Positions 8,368 to 17,110 of a DNA stretch of 64,000 nt are shown here, piece by piece. Each line of letters starts with the position of its first letter. The first letter of the stretch is position 1. The stretch is from an uncultured Solirubrobacteraceae bacterium (GTDB lineage Bacteria > Actinomycetota > Thermoleophilia > Solirubrobacterales > Solirubrobacteraceae): assembly GCA_963735435.1 (NCBI GenBank), contig CAVTKR010000005.1, positions 674,319-738,318 of the forward strand. The letters run 5' to 3'. The notes under the pieces were generated by a model. The model was not told the DNA's origin. It saw nothing but the letters and a program-made list of their open reading frames with translations, and did no database searches. The position numbers and the translations under genes are program-made.

Positions 8368-9309
8368 CTAAGCCTGACCGTACCCCACGAGCACGAGGCT
8401 CTCGAGCGCCCTGTCGACGTTGCCCTCGGCGCTCGAGACGCCGGCACGGGCGGCGTCATAGGCGGAGACGCCTTCCGTTTCCGCCGCGTCGGCGAGTTCC
8501 ACATACGCCTTGCTCGCGGCGCTCAGCGACTGCGAGAGCTCGACCTGCGCCGCCGCGGCGGGGGCAGGCGCTTCGAGCTTCGAGACGGTTCCGGCCGCGT
8601 GCTCGTAGCGGGCAGCCAGTGAGCGGGCCGGTGCGACCACCGAGGAGGCAGAGGCGCTTTCGTCGAGCTGGCGCCGCGCGGCCAGCCGCGCTGTGTCGAG
8701 CGCTGAGACGGCGGGCGCCAGGGCCCCGGCGTAGGTCGCCGACGGCGTCAGCGTGAGCGGGGCGGTCCCGGTGAGGGTGACGTTGGCGACGATCCGCTCA
8801 CAGGCCTCGCCCGCCGCTGTCGCGTGCTTCGGGGCAAAGCAGGCGAGCACGCGCGTGCCGGCGCCGGAGGGGATCGCATAGAGGTCGAAGACCCCTGGGT
8901 ACCCCGGCAGGCTGATGTCGCTGTAGCGATAGGCCTGCGCGGAGACGAGCGAGACGACTTCGGCATGCGGCGCGGCGCTCAGGCGTGAGAGGAAGCCGGC
9001 GGGAAGCGGCGCCGGTTCTCCGGCCGGCAGCATGCCGCTCAAAAGGCCCGAAGATTCGTCACCGCGGGGCGAGAGCGTGATCGCCTGCGTCAGTTCCAGG
9101 CCGGGGATCGACTTGGTCGCGGACGCGCGCTGCCAGGAGACCGGGTATTCGAGCAGCAGCCCGGCGCCGGTCGCGACCTGCGCGGGCCCTGCCGGGCTCT
9201 GCCCCGAGGAGGACGAGACGCGGTGGGTGCCGGCGAGATAGCCGAACACCGCCGCGGCCAGCAGCGCGACCACGAGCAGCGGATGCAGGACGCGTGCCGG
9301 AGCGTCCAC
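8368..9309 (-). CDS. Hypothetical N-terminally membrane-anchored protein
   Basis: Single N-terminal hydrophobic helix (LHPLLVVALLAAAVFGYLAG) followed by a ~280-aa Ala-rich region with no recognisable motif. Lies 5 nt downstream of the preceding gene in the same operon. Confidence 0.6.
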   Translation of the reverse strand: MDAPARVLHPLLVVALLAAAVFGYLAGTHRVSSSSGQSPAGPAQVATGAGLLLEYPVSWQRASATKSIPGLELTQAITLSPRGDESSGLLSGMLPAGEPAPLPAGFLSRLSAAPHAEVVSLVSAQAYRYSDISLPGYPGVFDLYAIPSGAGTRVLACFAPKHATAAGEACERIVANVTLTGTAPLTLTPSATYAGALAPAVSALDTARLAARRQLDESASASSVVAPARSLAARYEHAAGTVSKLEAPAPAAAAQVELSQSLSAASKAYVELADAAETEGVSAYDAARAGVSSAEGNVDRALESLVLVGYGQA

Positions 9310-9313
9310 GTGC

Positions 9314-9814
9314 TCAGCCCGAGCTTTCGAACGAGGTGCCCGAACCGGACCCGGACCCGGAGCCGGAGCCCGACCCGCCGGAGGAGTGCTGCGGCGCGCT
9401 CGGGGCCGGCGCGGCCGGTTTGCTCGCCGGCGTTTCGGCGGGCTGAGTGACGGTGGGAGCCGGGGTGGGCGAAGGGGTCGTGCTCACGGGCGCGGCCGGC
9501 GTGACGGTGGGAGTCCTCGCCGCGGGCCGTGAGCTCGTGGCGGGAGCGCTCCGCTTCGGCGCCGGTGGCGGCTGTTGCACGGCCAGCTTGATCGTGGGCG
9601 CCGCGGCGAGCGTGGAGGGCACCGGGGTCGCGACGCCGGGCAGCGGCGGCGGCGTGCGTTCGAGGACCGAGCTGCCCGAGCGGTTCATGTGGCCGATCCC
9701 GAACGCGGCTGCGAAGACCAGCAGGACCGCTCCGCTCCAGATCGCGAAGCGGCGCAGCTCAAAGCGGCGCCCGGACGGTCGAACCCGGCGTCGGTCGAGA
9801 GGGTGTGTGCTCAT
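9314..9814 (-). CDS. Hypothetical bitopic membrane protein with a Pro/Thr/Ala-rich disordered region and a C-terminal (SG)n tract
   Basis: Arg-rich N-terminus, one TM helix (FAIWSGAVLLVFAAAFGIG), a PTA-rich linker, then GGSGSGSGSGSGSG. ATGA overlap with the upstream gene at 9811-9814. Confidence 0.6.
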   Translation of the reverse strand: MSTHPLDRRRVRPSGRRFELRRFAIWSGAVLLVFAAAFGIGHMNRSGSSVLERTPPPLPGVATPVPSTLAAAPTIKLAVQQPPPAPKRSAPATSSRPAARTPTVTPAAPVSTTPSPTPAPTVTQPAETPASKPAAPAPSAPQHSSGGSGSGSGSGSGSGTSFESSG

Positions 9815-11241
9815 GAGGCGGGGCAGAGGATCGGCTTTTCTCCCGTGCTCAAGCAGCTGTCGGTCCTTCTCGGCAGCTTCCCACGTCGGGGGATGAAGCG
9901 CGTCAGCTTGCCGATCTGGCCCGCTTTGGTGACGCGTATTTCGAGCACGGAGCCGGCCGCGAGCGAGCGCGCGAAGCGCGGGAAGGAGAGCACGGCGGTG
10001 CCAGGAGCGGACGGCTGCTTGGAGGCGGTGGCCACCCTGGTCTGGATCGTCGTGCGCACGCCGGTCCCGCGTAGTCGCACCGTCACGCGCGCACTCACCG
10101 GTGCCGAGACGGTGACGAGTGTCAGCCTGGCCCCGCGCGCCGTCTCTCGCCCGGCGAGCCTTACGATCGGGAACGGTTCCATCAACGTCGCAGCCTGGTG
10201 GTGCACCGCGATCGTCTCGGACGCGGTGGCAGAGCGGCCCGCCACATCGGTGACCTGGAGCCGCACGACGTGGGCGCCGGGCGTCGAGAACGTCGTCGTC
10301 GTCGTCGCGCGCCCGGGACGAATCGGTTCGAGGGGGGTCAGCCCCCAGGCGAAGGAGGTGATCGGCGAGCCGGTGTCGGTCGAGCTCGAGATGAGCGTGA
10401 CCTGTTCGCCCACCCGCGGCTGTTCGGGGAACCAGGTGAACGAGGCGCTCGGTGGCGGCGCCGGCGCGGGCGCCAGCACTGTGATCGGAACCGCTGCGCT
10501 CGTGCCGACGTTGCCCGCCTCGTCACTCTGTTGCGCCTGAAGCATGTACGCACCCGGGGCGAGACCCGCGAGGGTCCCCGACCAAGCGCCGGCCGACGCT
10601 GCCGTTTCGACCGACTCGACCGGGGCGCCGGTCGTCTCGGCGCCTGCGAACACGTGGACGAGCACGTTCCCCTGATCGCTCGGCTCGGTCCCGGCGGTGC
10701 CGCGCACCGGGATCGAGCCCGGCAGATAGGTGGAAGCGGCCGTCGGCGAGGAGATCGCGGGGGTCGGCGCCGTCGTGTCGACGATGAATGTGACCGGCGC
10801 GCTGACGACCGTCGTTTCGATTTCGTTGAAGCCTTCCAGCCAGGTCCGTTCCTCTTCGGCCACGGCCGTATAGGGGCCTTCGCCCAGCGGCGTTTCAGGG
10901 GTCGCCTGCCAGTTGGTGCACGTGTCCGACCCCGGCAGCCGGACCTGCTGGGCCGGCTGCCCTTCGGCGAGCGTCCCCGCGTAGAGCTTGACGGTCACGA
11001 CGCACCAGACGGCTTCATCCGGTTCCAGCGCGCCGACGATCACCGGCGTGGCCTGGTTCGTGCGCGCGTTCGCGGCCGGGGCGGTGATCCGGAGGTTCGG
11101 TTCGGTGGCGGCGGCGCCCTCTGCGCAGAGAAGGAGCCCGCAGAGGACCGCCGCCGCGGCGCCGGCGATGCGGACCTGCCGAATCGCGAGGGACCTCAGC
11201 CGGTGCACGGGATCGCTTTCGGTTCGGTCGAGCTGACGCAT
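9811..11241 (-). CDS. Secreted surface protein with 2 Ig-like repeats, a PKD domain and a conserved Cys-pair C-terminal domain
   Basis: Signal-like N-terminus (AAAAVLCGLLLCAEGAAA). Ig-like repeats end in the ...GxY...A.Q.DEAGN motif. PKD signature is SFTWFPEQPRVGEQVTLISSSTDTGSPITSFAWGL...VRLQVTD. The last ~123 aa are homologous to the C-terminus of the next gene. Confidence 0.8.
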   Translation of the reverse strand: MRQLDRTESDPVHRLRSLAIRQVRIAGAAAAVLCGLLLCAEGAAATEPNLRITAPAANARTNQATPVIVGALEPDEAVWCVVTVKLYAGTLAEGQPAQQVRLPGSDTCTNWQATPETPLGEGPYTAVAEEERTWLEGFNEIETTVVSAPVTFIVDTTAPTPAISSPTAASTYLPGSIPVRGTAGTEPSDQGNVLVHVFAGAETTGAPVESVETAASAGAWSGTLAGLAPGAYMLQAQQSDEAGNVGTSAAVPITVLAPAPAPPPSASFTWFPEQPRVGEQVTLISSSTDTGSPITSFAWGLTPLEPIRPGRATTTTTFSTPGAHVVRLQVTDVAGRSATASETIAVHHQAATLMEPFPIVRLAGRETARGARLTLVTVSAPVSARVTVRLRGTGVRTTIQTRVATASKQPSAPGTAVLSFPRFARSLAAGSVLEIRVTKAGQIGKLTRFIPRRGKLPRRTDSCLSTGEKPILCPAS

Positions 11242-14200
11242 GCATCGGTGCGCAGCGGCAATCGTCGTTTGCGGATGGCGAACCGGGTGTACTTCCCGAT
11301 CTTCCCGGTCTGCGTGACCCTGACTTCGAGCGCGACCCCGGCGGGGAGCGCGCGCTGCAGGCGCGGGAAGGTGAGTACCGGCAGACCGGTGGACTTGCCT
11401 TTCGGGCGCTGAGCGAGGCGTGACAATGCGCGCACGGGACAGCCTTTGCCGTTGCAGAGGACGGCGACCTTGGCGCCGGCCGGCGCTTCGACGCTCAGCA
11501 GCTTCAGGCGCAGGCGCCCGGCCGAACGGGTCGTGATGATCCGAACCGTCGGGAACGGCCGCATCAGCGGGAAGCTGACGGGGATCTGCTGCGATGCGAC
11601 GCCCGAGAGGCCCGCCCCGTCGGTCACGCGCAGCGAGACGGGATGGCTCCCGGGCGTGGCGAACGTCACGGTGCGGCGCTGTGTGCCTATGGCGAAGGCC
11701 GAGCCCAGAACGTTCCAGCCGTAGCTCGTGATCGGACTTGCGGCGTCACTCGAGGTCGACACGAGCGTGACGAGTTCGCCGGTGTGGGGGTGCGCCGGGA
11801 ACCATGTGAAGGATGCCACCGGGCCGACGCTCGGGGCGGCGGTGGCGATGTCGGTGAACGAGTGGGCTGCGGCACCGATGTTGCCCGCCTCATCGCCCTG
11901 CGCGACACGTGCCGTGTAGTCGCCCGGCACCAGCCCGCCGAGCGTGGCCGACCAGGCCCGGCCGGGTGCCGCAACCGTGACCGTCTGCAGAGCATTGCCC
12001 GAGGCCGAGCCGCCGGCAAAGAGCTGCAACGTGACTTCCGCTAGATCGTGAGGAGCCGTCCCAGCGACTCCGTGGAACGAGACCGTCGAGCCGCTGACCG
12101 TCGCTCCCGCGCCGGGCGCGTCGATTGTCACCACAGGAGGGGATGTGTCGATCGTGAAGTTCTGGCGGACGGCCGCCCCGAGAGCGCCGCCCCCTGTCTT
12201 CTGCCACGCGACCGCCTCGTATTCGCCGTCTTCGAGCGGTTCGGTGACCGTTGCCGACCAGGCGCCGCCGCCGGCCGATTCTGCTTCCCGATCGCCGTGT
12301 TCTGGTTCACAGCTGGCCGTCGGGACCTTGCAGATCGCGACGTGCACGTGCGTAGTGTCGGTGGAGGTGCCGGCGAAGGTCGGGGTGGCGGTCCCGATCT
12401 GAGCCTTGACGGGTGACATCGTCACGGTCGGAGCGAGGGGGTCGACGACGAACGAGAGCTTCGCCACCCCCGCTTCGTTGCCGATCGAGCTCGCCTGTGT
12501 CGCCGTCGCCGTGTACGTCGCTTTCGTCGAGGGAAGCGCCGGGCTCGCCTTTGCTTCCCATTTCCCCCCGGCGACGCTGACCGACAGTTTCCGTTCTGTC
12601 CCCCCTCCCTTCACGACCAGGGTCACAGGCCCCACGTCGCTCGCCGCGCCGCTGAACGTCGGTTCCCTGTTGGGCGAGGGGGTGGCGATCGGCGCGATGG
12701 TGACGGTGGGCGGCAGCGTGTCGAGGACGAACGGTAGTTCCGCACTGCGGCCGTCGGGGTTGCCGAGACTGCTTTTCTGTATCGCTACGACCGTGAACGA
12801 GTGTTCCCCAGCCGGGAGTTCGGGCGCGACCGGCCCGGTTTTCCATTTGCCGCCCGCCGGCGTCGCTTCCGCGCTGGCCACAGGCGTGCCCGCTTCGAGC
12901 ACCTGCACGACGACCTTCGCGGATTCGTTGGTGGTCCCCGAGAAGCTCGGGGCTCGCACGTTCGACGGAGATTTGAACGGCGAGAGCATGACGTTGGGCG
13001 GGCTCGTGATGACCGTGAAGTGGACTTCGCCGCTGTGGCCGGTTCCGTTCGCGAACGCGCCGCTCTGTTCCGCGACGGCGGTGTAGCCACCTTCCGCGAG
13101 CGCTGGGGCGACGGGTCCCGAGCTCCACGTCCCGCCCGTCCCGGTGGCATGCACGACCCTGACGGGTTCCCCATTGGCTGCGCCGCCGGCGTAGACGTCG
13201 ATGGTCACCGTCGTGCCTTCGCTGGCGGAGCCGCTGAAGGCCGGCGTGGCATTCCCGCTGGGTGTCGGGACGCCGGCGAGCGAGACCGTCGGCGCGGACG
13301 TCGAGACCGTGAACGTGATCGTGTTGCTCGTTCCCGGGCCGTTTCCGAATTCGCTTTCCTGTTCGGCGATCGCGGTGTAGGTGCCGTCGTGGAGGGTCGA
13401 GGAGACCTCGGCCGAGCTCCATGAACCCCCGGTGCCGTTCGCCTGCGCCTGCGCCACCGGTGCGCCGCTCGCCGAGCCTCCTTCGTACACGCGGACGGTG
13501 ACCAGCGTCTCTTCACTCGCCGTGCCGCTGAAGGAGGGCGTCCTGTCGCTCGTGGGCGAGGAGATGCCTTTGAGCGTGAGCTGCGGTTTCGCCGCGTGGA
13601 TTGTGAAGGTGCTCGGTTCGCTCGACCCCGCCGGGTTGCCGATCGAGCTGCCCTGTTCGGCGAGGGCCGTGTAGGTGCCGTCGGCCAGAGGGCCGACCGA
13701 GCCCGAGGACCACCCCGCCCCGGTACCCGCTGCGAAGGCCTCGGCGACGGGCGAGCCTGAGGCGGAGGAGCCTTTGTAGACGCGAACCGTCACTTCGGTG
13801 GTGTCGCTCGCCGTCCCGCTGAAGGAGAGCGTCGAGTTGCTCGTCGGCGACGGGATCCCGTTCAACGTCACGGACGGGCTCTGCGTGTCGACCGTGAACA
13901 TCGGGGCATCGCTGCGTCCCGTTTCACCCGTGAGTTCTTCCGTCTGCACCGCTTCGACGCTGTATTCGCCGTCTTCGAGGTGGGTCGGCAGCTGGACCGA
14001 GAAGCCGCCTCCGGCGTGGGGCTGGGCTTCAGCGCTCTCGTAGAAGAAGCCGTCTTTCGAGACGGCGACCGTGACCGGGTCCTCGCTGTCGCTCGTGGAC
14101 CCGGAGACGAAGGGATGGGTGTCATTCGTGACCGACCCCGCGCCCGGCGATTCGATCGAGAGCATCGGCTGCGCCAGCGCAGGCGCCACCGACGCGGCGA

Positions 14201-14381
14201 ATGCCGCGGCGGTCACGAGCAGCCCCGCAATCAGGGCGCGTCTGAACGTTCTCCTAGGCCTCAACGGAGACCCGCAATCGATCCATCTGTCTCCAGGCCG
14301 GGTCCCCCGGCCGCCCCCGACACCCCTCCAGGTGCCATACGGAGCCTCTAGGGCGGCTTCTGTTCCGCCGCGACAAATCAT
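11196..14381 (-). CDS. Large secreted surface protein with 8 Ig-like repeats, a PKD domain and a conserved Cys-pair C-terminal domain
   Basis: The signal peptide (RRALIAGLLVTAAAFAASVAPALA) lies ~40 codons inside the ORF, so the true start is possibly TTG at 14265. Eight ~95-aa repeats carry the P.FSGTAS...V.V....G...........W......L.DG.Y...A.Q motif. PKD signature is SFTWFPAHPHTGELVTLVSTSSDAASPITSYGWN...LRVTDGAG. Confidence 0.85.
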   Translation of the reverse strand: MICRGGTEAALEAPYGTWRGVGGGRGTRPGDRWIDCGSPLRPRRTFRRALIAGLLVTAAAFAASVAPALAQPMLSIESPGAGSVTNDTHPFVSGSTSDSEDPVTVAVSKDGFFYESAEAQPHAGGGFSVQLPTHLEDGEYSVEAVQTEELTGETGRSDAPMFTVDTQSPSVTLNGIPSPTSNSTLSFSGTASDTTEVTVRVYKGSSASGSPVAEAFAAGTGAGWSSGSVGPLADGTYTALAEQGSSIGNPAGSSEPSTFTIHAAKPQLTLKGISSPTSDRTPSFSGTASEETLVTVRVYEGGSASGAPVAQAQANGTGGSWSSAEVSSTLHDGTYTAIAEQESEFGNGPGTSNTITFTVSTSAPTVSLAGVPTPSGNATPAFSGSASEGTTVTIDVYAGGAANGEPVRVVHATGTGGTWSSGPVAPALAEGGYTAVAEQSGAFANGTGHSGEVHFTVITSPPNVMLSPFKSPSNVRAPSFSGTTNESAKVVVQVLEAGTPVASAEATPAGGKWKTGPVAPELPAGEHSFTVVAIQKSSLGNPDGRSAELPFVLDTLPPTVTIAPIATPSPNREPTFSGAASDVGPVTLVVKGGGTERKLSVSVAGGKWEAKASPALPSTKATYTATATQASSIGNEAGVAKLSFVVDPLAPTVTMSPVKAQIGTATPTFAGTSTDTTHVHVAICKVPTASCEPEHGDREAESAGGGAWSATVTEPLEDGEYEAVAWQKTGGGALGAAVRQNFTIDTSPPVVTIDAPGAGATVSGSTVSFHGVAGTAPHDLAEVTLQLFAGGSASGNALQTVTVAAPGRAWSATLGGLVPGDYTARVAQGDEAGNIGAAAHSFTDIATAAPSVGPVASFTWFPAHPHTGELVTLVSTSSDAASPITSYGWNVLGSAFAIGTQRRTVTFATPGSHPVSLRVTDGAGLSGVASQQIPVSFPLMRPFPTVRIITTRSAGRLRLKLLSVEAPAGAKVAVLCNGKGCPVRALSRLAQRPKGKSTGLPVLTFPRLQRALPAGVALEVRVTQTGKIGKYTRFAIRKRRLPLRTDACVSSTEPKAIPCTG
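11826..14171 (-). repeat. Array of eight diverged ~285-bp coding repeats (Ig-like, Big_13-type by motif)
   Basis: Protein-level periodicity seen directly, for example LNGIPSPTSNSTLSFSGTASDTTEVTVRVY / LKGISSPTSDRTPSFSGTASEETLVTVRVY / LAGVPTPSGNATPAFSGSASEGTTVTIDVY. Boundaries were estimated from residue counts. Confidence 0.7.
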
Positions 14382-14495
14382 AGGCCCCGATTGCCGCTAC
14401 CGCAAAGGGATTAGCGCACGTTGCGGCCCGTTTTGGGCGGGTTTGCGGCGATGTGCGTAGACTCGACGAGAGCAATCCGGAAGGGAGGAGCAGCG

Positions 14496-14957
14496 ATGTA
14501 CTCGGTTCTCTCCTCAGTGCGGTGGGGTGTCATGAAGGGCGCGCGCCGGTTGCCGCTCTGTGCGGCTCTCCTGGCGAGTGCCGTCCTCTGCTCGTCGGCG
14601 CAGGCCCGCAAGCTCGACCAGACCCCGCCCGAATTCGCAGGCCTCCTCGCGGCGACGACGTGCACCCCGGGGCCCATCGGGCCGGGCATCTCGACCAGCT
14701 ACCACCTCAGCTGGGAAGCGGCGAGCGACAACCGCACCAAGCAGAAGCGGATCGTGTACGCGGTCTACCAGGCGACACAGCCGGGCGGCGAGGACTTCTC
14801 GCAGCCGACCTACGTGACGAAGCACGGGGCGACGAGCTTTGAAACCCCGAAGCTGAGCTCCGCGCAGAACTACTGGTTCGTCGTGCGCGCACGCGACCGC
14901 AAGGGCAACGAAGACACGAACACGGTGGAGCGCGAAGGGGTCAACCTCTGCGTGTGA
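14496..14957 (+). CDS. Small secreted fibronectin type III-like protein
   Basis: GGGAGGAG RBS lies 6 nt before ATG 14496. Signal peptide RRLPLCAALLASAVLCSSAQA. The DQTPPEF...YHLSWEAASDN......YAVYQAT....F..PTY......SFETPKLSSAQNYWFVVRARDRKGNED pattern is that of an FN3 domain. Confidence 0.7.
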   Translation: MYSVLSSVRWGVMKGARRLPLCAALLASAVLCSSAQARKLDQTPPEFAGLLAATTCTPGPIGPGISTSYHLSWEAASDNRTKQKRIVYAVYQATQPGGEDFSQPTYVTKHGATSFETPKLSSAQNYWFVVRARDRKGNEDTNTVEREGVNLCV

Positions 14958-14966
14958 GCGCTGCTA

Positions 14967-15057
14967 CGGAGGGGGAGGGATTCGAACCCTCGTCAGAGGT
15001 TTAAACCCCTGAAACGGTTTTCGAGACCGCCGCATTCAACCGCTCTGCCACCCCTCC
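14967..15057 (-). tRNA. tRNA-Ser (anticodon CGA)
   Basis: Minus strand reads GGAGGGGTGGCAGAGCGGTTGAATGCGGCGGTCTCGAAAACCGTTTCAGGGGTTTAAACCTCTGACGAGGGTTCGAATCCCTCCCCCTCCG. It has a 7-bp acceptor stem (GGAGGGG/CCCCTCC), anticodon loop CT-CGA-AA, a long variable arm, the T-loop GAGGG-TTCGAAT-CCCTC and discriminator G. CCA is not encoded. Confidence 0.9.
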
Positions 15058-15135
15058 GGGTGGAGCCCGACAAGGCTAGATGATCGGCCCGCGGCACCGA
15101 AGGACCGCGCTGGAGGTGGGAGGACGCCGCCGGCG

Positions 15136-15642
<507 letters not shown>

Positions 15643-15660
15643 TCATCATTATCGGAAACA

Positions 15661-17094
15661 ATGCCCCCCGCGCCCCCTCTCTCGACCACTCCAGCTCCTC
15701 GCCCCGCCCTCCGCACCGCGCACGCGAGGACGGCTGCCGTAGCCGTGTGCCTGGCGCTCGGCGCGGCGCTGGCGCTCCACGCGCCGACGCGCGCCGACGC
15801 GGCCTCGTATGCGGCGGATCGCATCGTCGTCCGCTTCGGGACGCGCGACCGGGCCGTCGCTGCAAGCGCCGGCGTCACCTCGAGACCGGCGTCCGAACGC
15901 ACGGTCGTGATGAGAGTGCGGCGCGGAGAAGACATCCACCGCGCGCTGCACCGGCTGCGCAGCCGGGGCGACGTGCTCTGGGCTGTGCCGGACTTCCGGG
16001 CTCACACCTCGGGAACTTTCGTACCGGATGACCCGGGCGCGGGCACGACCCCGGGCGGCTGGCAGGAACTGCAGTGGAACCTCGACGGGCCGTTCGGGAT
16101 CCAGGCTCCCGAAGCGTGGGCGAACCTGATCTCCGACGGCAGGCCGGGAGGCGCAGGCGTCACGGTTGCCGTGCTCGACACCGGCGTCGCGTACGCGAAC
16201 CGCGGGCCGTTCCGCCGCTCGCCCGACTTCGGCCCCTTCGAGTTCGTCAAGGGCTATGACTTCGTCGGGCGCGACCCCTACCCGAACGACCGCAACGGCC
16301 ACGGCACGTTCGTCGCCAGCGTGATCGCCGAGGAGGCCAACAACGGAATCGGCGGAGCCGGGATCGCGTACGGAGCGCGCATCATGCCGGTGCGGGTTCT
16401 CAACTCGCGGGGGGAAGGCGAAGCGACCACGATCGCGGACGGCGTGCGCTATGCGGTCAGCCATGGCGCGCAGATCATCAATCTCAGCCTCGAGTTCGAA
16501 CCGACGGTCAGGGCGAGGGACATCCCCGAGCTGATCGAAGCACTGCGCTACGCCCACCGCCATCGCGTGCTCGTCGTCGCTGCAGCCGGCAACGAGGGCC
16601 ACGCGGCGATCGCCTACCCGGCGCGCGTGCCGGACGTCATCTCCGTGGGTGCCACGACCGAACGGGGCTGCCTCGCCGAATACTCCAACGACGGCTCCGG
16701 ACTGACCATGGTCGCGCCCGGCGGCGGGCGCGACGCCGCCCTCCTCGGCGATCCCAACTGCGACCCCCAAGCCGGGGGTCGCCACGTCTTTGCGATGACG
16801 TTCACCGACGGCTCGCTCGAGCACTTCGGCATGCCGAGCGAATACGAAGGCACATCGATGGCCACGCCGCATGTATCGGCGACCGCGGCGCTTGTGATCG
16901 CCAGCGGCGTCCTCGGCCCGCACCCGACCCCCGCGCAGCTCACCACGCGCCTGCGCGCCACCGCGCGCAAGCTCGGCGGAGGCGGGGACGAACGCCTGTA
17001 CGGCGCGGGTCTCCTCGACGCGGCGGCCGCGACCGCCCCCGGAGGGCCCGGCACGGTGACGAGCAGCTCAGCGGCCGCCGCGGGCTCGGGCTAA
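15661..17094 (+). CDS. Secreted S8 family serine peptidase (subtilisin-like)
   Basis: Signal peptide present. Catalytic triad motifs are VAVLDTGV (Asp), HGTFVASVIA (His) and GTSMATPHVSATAAL (Ser). Confidence 0.9.
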   Translation: MPPAPPLSTTPAPRPALRTAHARTAAVAVCLALGAALALHAPTRADAASYAADRIVVRFGTRDRAVAASAGVTSRPASERTVVMRVRRGEDIHRALHRLRSRGDVLWAVPDFRAHTSGTFVPDDPGAGTTPGGWQELQWNLDGPFGIQAPEAWANLISDGRPGGAGVTVAVLDTGVAYANRGPFRRSPDFGPFEFVKGYDFVGRDPYPNDRNGHGTFVASVIAEEANNGIGGAGIAYGARIMPVRVLNSRGEGEATTIADGVRYAVSHGAQIINLSLEFEPTVRARDIPELIEALRYAHRHRVLVVAAAGNEGHAAIAYPARVPDVISVGATTERGCLAEYSNDGSGLTMVAPGGGRDAALLGDPNCDPQAGGRHVFAMTFTDGSLEHFGMPSEYEGTSMATPHVSATAALVIASGVLGPHPTPAQLTTRLRATARKLGGGGDERLYGAGLLDAAAATAPGGPGTVTSSSAAAAGSG

Positions 17095-17110
17095 AGGCCG
17101 CCGGGCGCGG

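Noticed and set aside
15649-16923. 424-aa minus-strand ORF
   Set aside because: It is antisense to the S8 protease gene, which has an unambiguous catalytic triad. The product is Arg/Gly/Asp-rich.
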